DNA of 33,260 nucleotides from a virus (Duplodnaviria > Caudoviricetes). Shown one piece after another: positions 1 through 6,895 of the stretch (the first letter of the stretch is position 1; each line of letters begins with the position of its first letter). Position numbers and translations under genes: made by a program. The stretch lies in the IMG/VR virus record IMGVR_UViG_3300036446_000026, positions 1 through 33,260 of that record, one strand, 5' to 3'. The notes beneath the pieces are model-generated. The model had not been told where the DNA came from. It searched no databases and saw nothing but the letters and a program-made list of their open reading frames with translations.

Positions 1-244
1 CTACCTCAAGCATCGCATCCGCTCGCGGGCATGGAACGCCCAGACCAACCAGTCGTCGCGATGGGCGAGGATGCCCCGGACGCGGATTTGTTCACGGAAA
101 AAACGATTGTTCATTTGACCGGGCCTCCTGCCCTTGTTCGTCGGCGGGCCCAACGCCCTTCTGATGTCCGCAATCTAGGACACGGCTCGACGGAACGCAA
201 TAGACCGCGCGGAAGTAAATCGTCTCGCCGTTCAATTTTTTCGC

Positions 245-273
245 TTGATATTCGACGGGACGCGTCCTACTTT
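245..273 (+). promoter_or_regulatory. sigma70-type promoter for the 324-3111 operon, with a palindromic operator candidate in the spacer
   Basis: TTGATA (245-250), a 17-nt spacer and TACTTT (268-273); AT-rich tract ttcaattttttc just upstream; perfect palindrome GGACGCGTCC at 258-267. Confidence 0.7.
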
Positions 274-323
274 GCGGACATCGGCGAGGCACTAGGCCAG
301 CCGCATCTGGGAAGGACCCGACA

Positions 324-929
324 ATGCGCTTTCAGCTCACCCGCGACTTCTACATCCCCAAGGGCGACGACGTCACCGTCCGGACCTTCGATGACATCGG
401 TGTCGTGGTCTACCTCCATACCGGCGCCAAGTATGGCCGCCCCGTCGCCATGGGCTTCGCCGGCAAGGCGCAGAAGCCGACCTTCCACTACAACTTTCCG
501 ACCGACGCTCGTCGCGACGCCTTCATCGAAAGCTTCGTCGAGCGCCGCCGCGCTAATGTCGCCAGCAAGGCCATTGCCGTCGCGGAGCGCCGCGCCTTCC
601 GCCACACCCTCCGGGTCGGCGACGTCCTCCGCTCGGTCTGGGGCTACGATCAGACCAATGTCGATTACTACCAGGTTACCGCGCTCAAGGGCTCCAAGCA
701 GGTCGTCGCTCGTCGCATCCGCGGCATGTCGGAGACCACCGGCTACGACACCGGGAAGTCTGCCCCCGACGTCGACAACTTCATCGAGAGCGAGAAGGCC
801 AAGACCTACTTGGTCGGACACGGCAACACGATCCGCGTCGCCTCCTTCGCCCATGCCTCGCCGGTGCCCTGTCAGGTCGTTGGCCCCCTCAAGGTCTACG
901 AGGCCGCTCGGTGGTCCAGCTACGCATAG
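324..929 (+). CDS. conserved phage/plasmid hypothetical protein (GDVLRSVWGYDQTNVDYYQV motif), 201 aa
   Basis: Strong C-ending codon bias; GGAAGGA RBS upstream; first gene after the promoter; the WGY[DE]QTN motif is recalled from mobile-element hypothetical proteins. Confidence 0.8.
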   Translation: MRFQLTRDFYIPKGDDVTVRTFDDIGVVVYLHTGAKYGRPVAMGFAGKAQKPTFHYNFPTDARRDAFIESFVERRRANVASKAIAVAERRAFRHTLRVGDVLRSVWGYDQTNVDYYQVTALKGSKQVVARRIRGMSETTGYDTGKSAPDVDNFIESEKAKTYLVGHGNTIRVASFAHASPVPCQVVGPLKVYEAARWSSYA

Positions 930-969
930 GCGTGGCGACCATTTGAGAAGCCAATTGAGGGAAACATCG

Positions 970-1365
970 ATGTCATCGATATACACCCAAGTCGCCAACC
1001 CGGAAGCCCCCTGCTCCTGCCAGGATTGCGACTGGACGGGGCCGGCATCGGCGCTGCAGCTGGTCGCCAGCATCGAAGAGCGGATCAGCGCCGAGGAGAT
1101 CGTCCCAGCCGGAGAGTGCCCGGAGTGCGGCGCGCTCGCCCATCTCGACGAGATCACCCCCACCGCCGATGAAGTCGCGATCTCGCAGGAGATCCTGCAG
1201 CGGCTGATCAATGCCGCGCACACCACCGTCGAGGACTGGGAAACCGGTATCAAGGACGGCACCTACGAGGCCGACTTGCAGGGTGCGCTTGACGAGTTCG
1301 CCGGAGCCATCGAGACAGCAGAGGCAATCCTCGCCAAGCCGGAAACGCCGGTCGAGGGCGCCTGA
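970..1365 (+). CDS. zinc-finger hypothetical protein (CxxC...CxxC), 131 aa
   Basis: This is the real part of the 31..1365 ORF: ATG at 970 after GAGGG; CQDC and CPEC pairs; acidic helical C-terminus; stop 1 nt before the next ATG. Confidence 0.75.
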   Translation: MSSIYTQVANPEAPCSCQDCDWTGPASALQLVASIEERISAEEIVPAGECPECGALAHLDEITPTADEVAISQEILQRLINAAHTTVEDWETGIKDGTYEADLQGALDEFAGAIETAEAILAKPETPVEGA

Positions 1366-1366
1366 C

Positions 1367-2854
1367 ATGGACGGCAGCAACAACAAGCCGGAGGGTGGCC
1401 CAGTCACCACCCCCGGCGGGATCGTCCCCCGCGCTACGGTGCGAGACATGGTCCGTCGCCGCGATACCGCCATCGAGCTCTATGGCGTGGCCTTTCAGGC
1501 GCTGGCGGCCGCTGATGCAGCACTGACGGCCGCGGGGCAGGCCTACCGCGCCATCGATCCCTTGGGCCAGGCGAACTGGTCCTACACGCACTCGACGAAG
1601 GAAGAAGACCGCAGCTTCATCGGATCGCTGACGGTGCCGAGCCACGATGACTATGCCGCCACGGCCCGCAAGGTCGTCGACCGGCAAGCATGGGCGACGC
1701 TGGTGCGAATGACCGACCTTGAGTCCCTCATGGACAAGGCCGCCAAGGATCAGCTCCGGCAACAGCTGCAGGAGACCGTCCCGGAGGTCACCGAGGACAA
1801 CGTTTGGGCGACCCTGCAGCAGTTCGCCGCCGATGCCGACATGATCTTCAAGCGCGGTATCGCGAACACCTTCACGAAGCTGGACCGCCGCTTCCGCAGT
1901 CACGACGGCTGGAAGATTGGCGGTCGCGTGATCCTGACACACTGCTTCGATGGAATCGGCTATTTCTCATACGGCGCCAACGTCAGGGACACCCTGCACG
2001 ATATCGACCGGACCTTTCAGGTCCTCGACGGGAAGGCCGGGCCGGACATCATCAACGGCATCGTCGCCGCGGTGGAGCGCGGCCGGCAAGGTGGCTACGG
2101 CTCGCGGCAATCGATGCACGAAAGCGAGTACTTCCGGATCCGCTGCTACATCAACGGCAACGCGCACGTCTGGTTCAAGCGTGACGACCTCGTCAACAAG
2201 GTCAACAAGCTGCTGGGCGACTACTACGGCGCCCCGATCCCCGAAGAGCGTGAGCCCGAGGAAGACAGCGGCCTCAACACGCCCAAGACCGGCGTGGCGA
2301 AGCGCTACGGCTTCTTCCCCACACCGGATCGAGCCGCCGAGCAGGTCATCGAGCTGACACCGCTGTATCGAGGTGACGGTCCCCGCCTGACGATACTGGA
2401 GCCCAGTGCCGGCACCGGCAGCCTATCCCGGCGGCTCGTCAAGGCCGGCGGTGTGGTCGACGTCATCGAATACCAGGCGCAGCTCGCCGATGCGCTGCGG
2501 GCCAGCAGGATCTATCGCGGAGTCCGCTGCGGCGACTTCCTCGCAGTGCTGCCCTACCCGGCCCGACTCTATGATCGTGTCGTCATGAACCCGCCCTTTG
2601 ACCGAGAGCGCGACATCGACCACGTCATGCACGCCCTGAAGTTCCTGAAGCCCGATGGCTGCTTGGTGGCAGTGATGTCGGCCGGGACGGAGTTCCGGGA
2701 GACCAAGAAGTCAGTGGCCTTCCGGGCCCTGATGGCCAAGATGAATGCCCGATGGCGGGATCTGCCGGTCGGTAGCTTCGTCTCGGTGGGAACGAATGTG
2801 AATACGGTCGTGCTACGGGTCTGGGCCGACGGTCGCGTGCAGCCGTACTGGTGA
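1367..2854 (+). CDS. DUF4942-like domain fused to a class I SAM-dependent N6-adenine DNA methyltransferase, 495 aa
   Basis: Start MDGSNN at 1367. The C-terminal half has GFFPTP (motif X), ILEPSAGTG (motif I) and MNPPF (motif IV) in gamma-class order. The N-terminal half has FRSHDGWKIGGRVIL and NGNAHVWFKRDDLV, typical of DUF4942. Confidence 0.85.
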   Translation: MDGSNNKPEGGPVTTPGGIVPRATVRDMVRRRDTAIELYGVAFQALAAADAALTAAGQAYRAIDPLGQANWSYTHSTKEEDRSFIGSLTVPSHDDYAATARKVVDRQAWATLVRMTDLESLMDKAAKDQLRQQLQETVPEVTEDNVWATLQQFAADADMIFKRGIANTFTKLDRRFRSHDGWKIGGRVILTHCFDGIGYFSYGANVRDTLHDIDRTFQVLDGKAGPDIINGIVAAVERGRQGGYGSRQSMHESEYFRIRCYINGNAHVWFKRDDLVNKVNKLLGDYYGAPIPEEREPEEDSGLNTPKTGVAKRYGFFPTPDRAAEQVIELTPLYRGDGPRLTILEPSAGTGSLSRRLVKAGGVVDVIEYQAQLADALRASRIYRGVRCGDFLAVLPYPARLYDRVVMNPPFDRERDIDHVMHALKFLKPDGCLVAVMSAGTEFRETKKSVAFRALMAKMNARWRDLPVGSFVSVGTNVNTVVLRVWADGRVQPYW

Positions 2855-2877
2855 ACGAAGAACAACGGGAGACGACG

Positions 2878-3111
2878 ATGGATGCAAACCTACTCCGCCA
2901 AGCAGGCGAAGCGCTCTATGGGCAGCGGTGGCAAACCGATCTCGCACGGGATCTCAAAGTCGCCGATCGTACCGTGCGCCGCTGGGCGGTCAGCGGTGAC
3001 GTACCGGCCGGCGCATGGGGCGAGATCCGGGGGCTTCTCCGCGACCGCGGGGCTGCGATGGCTGCCGTCCGTAGGCAGATCCCACGATCGATCGCGCCCG
3101 CGAAGAAGTAG
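2878..3111 (+). CDS. small Cro/XRE-like helix-turn-helix protein, 77 aa
   Basis: ATG at 2878 after GGGAG; WQTDLARDLKVADRTVRRW fits an HTH pattern. Confidence 0.8.
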   Translation: MDANLLRQAGEALYGQRWQTDLARDLKVADRTVRRWAVSGDVPAGAWGEIRGLLRDRGAAMAAVRRQIPRSIAPAKK

Positions 3112-3113
3112 GC

Positions 3114-3149
3114 AAAGGAAAAGGCCCGCTACCAGAAGGGCAGCGGGCC
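3114..3149 (-). terminator. intrinsic terminator on the minus strand (3' end of candidate sRNA 1)
   Basis: Minus strand reads GGCCCGCTGCC-CTTCT-GGTAGCGGGCC followed by TTTTCCTTT. Confidence 0.65.
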
Positions 3150-3203
3150 AAGTGGGTGCGTGGAGCGCCGAGGGAGGCGCCCACTCTGGCTGTTGGTTCC
3201 GAG
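3116..3203 (-). ncRNA. candidate anti-SD stem-loop sRNA, related to the suhB-like element
   Basis: Minus strand: CTCGGAACC...GGGCGCC-TCCCTC-GGCGCTC hairpin, then CACGCACCCACT and a terminator. It shares blocks with the elements at 4543-4610 and 4872-4953. The 5' end is not defined. Confidence 0.4.
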
Positions 3204-3317
3204 GAGGGTGCAAGCGAGGCCCACGGATGATTTGCGAGCGGCAGACGTGCAGCAGTGGACGCCCTGCCGCCCACGCAAGAAGACAGCCGGCTCGACCCGG
3301 CCCGCAGCACAGCGGTG

Positions 3318-3346
3318 CTGACATCACGGCGGCGGCGGTCTAGCGT
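3318..3346 (+). promoter_or_regulatory. putative sigma70 promoter producing a leaderless mRNA
   Basis: CTGACA (3318-3323), a 17-nt spacer and TAGCGT (3341-3346); ATG at 3353 follows after 6 nt; no SD sequence. Confidence 0.45.
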
Positions 3347-3352
3347 TCGATA

Positions 3353-3439
3353 ATGGACGATCTCTTGACTCCCGTGGCGGTAGGTATAGGCGTCGCGATA
3401 GCGGCGGGTGTCGTGATGTACCTCCACGCCATCATATAG
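3353..3439 (+). CDS. 28-aa single-pass hydrophobic peptide MDDLLTPVAVGIGVAIAAGVVMYLHAII
   Basis: Translated by hand (below the ORF-track cutoff); one uninterrupted hydrophobic segment; starts at the expected transcription start of the promoter candidate. Confidence 0.5.
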   Translation: MDDLLTPVAVGIGVAIAAGVVMYLHAII

Positions 3440-3502
3440 CGTGCTGAGCCGGCAAGAGTTCTCGGCTGCCTCTGCGCTGGTTAGGGATGACGGGAGTTTA
3501 CA

Positions 3503-3964
3503 ATGAGCCGCAGCGCTTGGCCTGACGTCGACACCTCGCGCGGTGCCTTCCATCTTCTGGTTGGTCGTCTGGATGACACCTTCGAAGGCGGCGCCCAGGA
3601 GAAATTCGACAGCTCGCGACTGCGCTTCGCTTCCAACCTAATGAAGAGATGCGTTACGTCGATGACGTTGCACGGTACCGTTGCCGTCCAGGCAAGCCGT
3701 GAGGACGGTCAATCGGTGGTCCTGATCGCCATTGAGGATCCGGCCGATCTGGCTCAGCTGACGGCTTTGACCGGCAGCACCGTGCGCGTCGGAACGGGCT
3801 GGAAGAGCGAGCATCAGTTCAACTTGGATCATGACTGTCACACCAGGCTGCTGACCGTCGGTGGTCCCCCGGATGAGAGGGGCGCAGGACGCCGCGAACA
3901 TCTTCGTCGGGCCGCGGAGCAGGATGAGAGGAGCCTGCGCTGGAAGGTGCGCGACGGTGAGTAA
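3503..3964 (+). CDS. hypothetical protein, 153 aa
   Basis: GGGAG RBS before the ATG; globular-looking composition; converges on the hairpin at 4022-4056. Confidence 0.6.
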   Translation: MSRSAWPDVDTSRGAFHLLVGRLDDTFEGGAQEKFDSSRLRFASNLMKRCVTSMTLHGTVAVQASREDGQSVVLIAIEDPADLAQLTALTGSTVRVGTGWKSEHQFNLDHDCHTRLLTVGGPPDERGAGRREHLRRAAEQDERSLRWKVRDGE

Positions 3965-4021
3965 TATGTGCCGGGGCCAATGTCGGCCGTCGAAGCACGA
4001 TCCCCGCTGCTGAATGGAAGC

Positions 4022-4056
4022 GGCCTCGCGTCGGTCGTGGGAACGGACGCGAGGCC
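4022..4056. terminator. 11-bp perfect hairpin between convergent genes
   Basis: GGCCTCGCGTC (4022-4032) pairs with GACGCGAGGCC (4046-4056); no U-tract on either side. Confidence 0.4.
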
Positions 4057-4146
4057 TGGCCGATTTGCCTGATGTGTCGGCAGGGCGGTTATGCCTCTTA
4101 CGCCACGGGGATTGAAACGGATTACCGCCTACGTCGACTCTTGACG

Positions 4147-4407
4147 TCACGGGCGGTTCCACCGTGCGGCGCTCAGGCGGCGGCCGGTCTCTGTCAGGCG
4201 CACAGCTTTTACCGGATTGCCCTCCCCGGACAACCAGCCGCGCTCAATCGCTATCGACAGCGCCGCTTCAAGTACTGGGATAGGGAAAATAGGATGGCGC
4301 AGGCCGAGTTCGGCAATCTGAACTAAACGATCGTGCGACCCGCCGGAGACGGTGAAGATGTCGTTACGAAGGGCACGGGCGAGACTGGAGGGCGATTTGC
4401 GGTGCAT
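4147..4407 (-). CDS. small winged-helix-like hypothetical protein, 86 aa
   Basis: Probable start MHRKSP; the C-terminal ALSIAIERGWL...VRLTETGRR resembles a wHTH recognition helix and wing. The start is uncertain. Confidence 0.55.
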   Translation of the reverse strand: MHRKSPSSLARALRNDIFTVSGGSHDRLVQIAELGLRHPIFPIPVLEAALSIAIERGWLSGEGNPVKAVRLTETGRRLSAARWNRP

Positions 4408-4542
4408 GGGCGGCAACGGCAACGGCGGTGTTAAGTTTCGCAACCGATCGGGAGGGTGATCGGCATGGAAGTGTGAATCCATTTCCGATCGACGCCGGTC
4501 AGCATTTTTCAGGGTGATCCGAACTGCAAGCATCCAGAACGA

Positions 4543-4610
4543 AGAAAAGGCCGCCCGCCGGTTAGGGCGAGCGGCCAGTGGGCGCGTGGAGCGGCGGGAG
4601 ATTAGGGCTC
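4543..4610 (-). ncRNA. candidate 3'UTR-derived anti-SD stem-loop RNA with terminator
   Basis: Minus strand: GGAGC-(CCTAATCTCCCGCC)-GCTCC, then ACGCGCCCACT and GGCCGCTCGCC-CTAACC-GGCGGGCGGCC-TTTTCT. It overlaps the stop codon of 4602..4823. Confidence 0.4.
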
Positions 4611-4823
4611 CTCGATCAGGCTTCTCTCTAGCCGATCCAGTGCGGCCTCATGGAGTTCCAGAATGGTACGAAAGATTTCCAGCCGATCGCGCGCCTTGAC
4701 CGTGTCGTGACCGTCCCGCTCGAGCGCGGCGACAATCCCCATCTCGCGAGTGACGTACCGTCGGCCGAGCGCCACATGCTCTTTCGCCAGACATCGACGT
4801 TCTTCCAATGCGATGCGATCCAT
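4602..4823 (-). CDS. small helical-hairpin hypothetical protein, 73 aa
   Basis: The pattern HVALG...IVAALERDGHDT..AR..L..F...L.LH is recalled from small alphaproteobacterial hypothetical proteins; a terminator follows directly. Confidence 0.7.
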   Translation of the reverse strand: MDRIALEERRCLAKEHVALGRRYVTREMGIVAALERDGHDTVKARDRLEIFRTILELHEAALDRLERSLIEEP

Positions 4824-4871
4824 TCTTGATAATGGACATTTCTGTTGCCCGACGTCGGTCTGAGCGCAGAC

Positions 4872-4953
4872 GGAAAAAAGCGCCCGCCAGCCGTGAGGCC
4901 AGCGGGCGCAGGTCGAGGGAGGAAACGCCCAAGACGAGTAGGTCGGTTCCGAG
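4872..4953 (-). ncRNA. suhB: suhB/MmgR (alpha-r8)-like small RNA, also acting as terminator of the late/lysis operon
   Basis: Minus strand CTTGGGCG-TTTCCTCCCT-CGACCT, then GCGCCCGCTGGCC-TCAC-GGCTGGCGGGCGC-TTTTTT. The exact UUUCCUCCCU decamer (4916-4925) ahead of a terminator is the family hallmark. Confidence 0.7.
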
Positions 4954-4997
4954 CGTATCCAGACCCCGACTTCATGTGCGCCCCAAGCGCAGACAGG

Positions 4998-5207
4998 TCA
5001 GCCGCTGTCGCGGGACGTGTCGCGCACGGCGGCCTGATCACGGGCGATCATCGCCTCGAGTTCGGCCCACTCGGCTTGGTCCGGCGAGCGGTTCTGGCCG
5101 ATGACCTCCTGCACCTTGGCGTAGAGGTCGACGGTGACGGTGCCGGCTTCGATCATCTTCGGGATCAGCGGCACGATGGTGAGCAGCAGCTGCAGAATTG
5201 CAGGCAT
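4998..5207 (-). CDS. small lysis-cassette protein with hydrophobic N-terminus, 69 aa
   Basis: AAGGAGG RBS before MPAILQLLLTIVPLIP; last gene of the late operon. Confidence 0.75.
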   Translation of the reverse strand: MPAILQLLLTIVPLIPKMIEAGTVTVDLYAKVQEVIGQNRSPDQAEWAELEAMIARDQAAVRDTSRDSG

Positions 5208-5249
5208 GAAGTTCGCCTCCTTGGGCATAATGATGATGGTGATGGCGGC

Positions 5250-5678
5250 CTATTTGGTCGTGGCCGCCTTGGGATTGACGGCCGCGACAGTGCTTCGGAA
5301 CACCTCGACGGCGCGCTGGGCGTCCGCAACGGCGTTGGCCAGCGCGATCGGGCTCTTGGTCGGGGACCTTGCAATGGCTGCAGCCCCGGCCGTCGCGGTG
5401 TCGGCCGCCAGCTCGTAGCGCCGCATCTCGGTGACCACGGACTGGCTGGAGCAGATTACGGTCGCCCCGGTGGTCCCGCAGCGCGGCAAAGCCACGTACT
5501 CGGCCATCAGGCGGAGCAAGCCGGCGTAAGCCGAGCGCGCCGCGAACGCGGACTGCTCCATTGTCTTCTGGTCGACGGTACCCACGACGGGATAGGTCGG
5601 CCCCTTGCTGGCGTCGGCCGCACAGCCGCCCAGGGCGACCATCAAGCCAAGCGTCAGCATCGCGAGAAATCGCTTCAT
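5250..5678 (-). CDS. lipoprotein of the lysis cassette (candidate spanin component), 142 aa
   Basis: MKRFLAMLTLGLMVALGG-C signal peptide with lipobox; AAGGAG RBS; Ala-rich helices and an internal Cys pair. Confidence 0.8.
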   Translation of the reverse strand: MKRFLAMLTLGLMVALGGCAADASKGPTYPVVGTVDQKTMEQSAFAARSAYAGLLRLMAEYVALPRCGTTGATVICSSQSVVTEMRRYELAADTATAGAAAIARSPTKSPIALANAVADAQRAVEVFRSTVAAVNPKAATTK

Positions 5679-5701
5679 CTCATCTCCTTCGGTTCAGATG
5701 G

Positions 5702-6043
5702 TCAGCTGGTCTTGTTGGCGTCGTGACGCGGGCCGCCGACCATGGGCACCACGTCCTTGACCTCGGGGTTTCGTGCCGCCTCGACGGCGGAATCCGGTGC
5801 GACGCGCGAATCGACGTGCACCTGCACGCCCTTCACGCTGGCGGCGTCCTTCACGAGATTGCCGTCGGTGCGGCCGAGAGCCAGCCACACGATGCCGCCG
5901 ACGCTCACGACGGCGCCAAAGGCCTGCACGATCTTCTCGGCCTCGCCCGATTCCATCCCGAAGAGATGGACCAGCAGGGCAACAATGGGCCCGCCGGCGA
6001 CGAGCAGGCCCTTCAGGACGTCGAGGATCTGTTGGCGGTTCAT
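5702..6043 (-). CDS. putative holin (two TM segments), 113 aa
   Basis: Two hydrophobic helices, a charged tail and position directly after the endolysin; AAAGGA RBS. Confidence 0.65.
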   Translation of the reverse strand: MNRQQILDVLKGLLVAGGPIVALLVHLFGMESGEAEKIVQAFGAVVSVGGIVWLALGRTDGNLVKDAASVKGVQVHVDSRVAPDSAVEAARNPEVKDVVPMVGGPRHDANKTS

Positions 6044-6071
6044 GTCGGGTTCCTTTCGTTGCGATGGGAGA

Positions 6072-6851
6072 TCAGGCTGCGAGGCCGAGGGCGCGCAGCG
6101 TCATGACGCCGACGATGCCGTCGACGATCAGGCCCTGGTCGCCTTGGAAGAGCTTCACGGCCTGCTCGGTCTTCGGTCCGAAATCGCCGTCGGGCGTGAT
6201 GCCCAAGGACCGCTGGAGTTGCGCCACGTCGGGTCCGCGATCACCGCGCCGCAAGACCCGCGGGACGACCGGCGCCGGCGCATCCCCGTGCGTCGCGAGC
6301 CAGTTCCGGATCTTCGCCGCGTAGGCGCCGCCGTAGCCGCCGCCGTTGTAGATCGTCTCCCAGGTCTCCCAGTCGCCGGCACGAATGGCCGCAAGGAGCC
6401 GGCGGTCCGCTTTGACGAAGCGGACGAACACATCCATTTGGCCGTCGTCGTCCGGCCCATCGACGTCATCGACGAAGGCCAGGACATTGGGATAGCCCAG
6501 CGCCCGCCAGTGGAAGCCCATGATCTGGAACGGCCCCCAGGACGTCGCCTCGGCGGCAGCCGTCGCGTCGAGGGCCGCGGCACGCTCGTACTGTTCCCAG
6601 GCGCCGGCCTTGGTCTTGGCGGCCAGTTCCGGCCGCCACGATCGCGAGGAGATGTCCGGATGGCTGGCGTCGAAGCGCCGGCCGCTCTGCTTCGAGAACC
6701 AGTGCGCCTCCAGCCGGATCGGCGGGACATGCTTGTTGCCCAGGAGCCAGAAGTTCTCGCCGGACGATTCGATGGCCGATACGGCCATGAGGTTGATGGA
6801 AGGCGCGCCAAGGGCGCTGGCGCCCCGACGGTAGTCGGCCAGATCGAACAT
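6072..6851 (-). CDS. endolysin: N-acetylmuramidase (DUF3380) with C-terminal peptidoglycan-binding domain, 259 aa
   Basis: AIESSG catalytic Glu, EAHWF, TSWGPFQIMGFHW and YNGGGY motifs; C-terminal LRRGDRGPDVAQLQ...DGDFGPKTEQAVKLFQ...DGIVG (PG_binding_1). Confidence 0.92.
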   Translation of the reverse strand: MFDLADYRRGASALGAPSINLMAVSAIESSGENFWLLGNKHVPPIRLEAHWFSKQSGRRFDASHPDISSRSWRPELAAKTKAGAWEQYERAAALDATAAAEATSWGPFQIMGFHWRALGYPNVLAFVDDVDGPDDDGQMDVFVRFVKADRRLLAAIRAGDWETWETIYNGGGYGGAYAAKIRNWLATHGDAPAPVVPRVLRRGDRGPDVAQLQRSLGITPDGDFGPKTEQAVKLFQGDQGLIVDGIVGVMTLRALGLAA

Positions 6852-6895
6852 GGGATTTCCTTGGAGTTATCGGCCCGGCCTGCCCGGACGGATCG

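Noticed and set aside
31-969. N-terminal 313 codons of the 444-aa ORF, and likewise the 1211 start of the MTase
   Set aside because: The Ser/Pro/Arg-rich sequence overlaps the real 324..929 gene; better starts with RBS or coupling exist at 970 and 1367.
1367-3111. Complete restriction-modification, BREX or DISARM system
   Set aside because: Only an MTase and an HTH are present; no nuclease, helicase or specificity subunit is recognisable.
4924-4950. General-stress sigma (EcfG-type) promoter GGAAC...CGTT on the minus strand
   Set aside because: The spacer is 18 nt, slightly long, and the implied start would cut into the conserved decamer; not supportable without TSS data.
5229-5244. CAT/CAC run that could encode a poly-His tract
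   Set aside because: It is intergenic, and the His frame is not the frame of either flanking gene.
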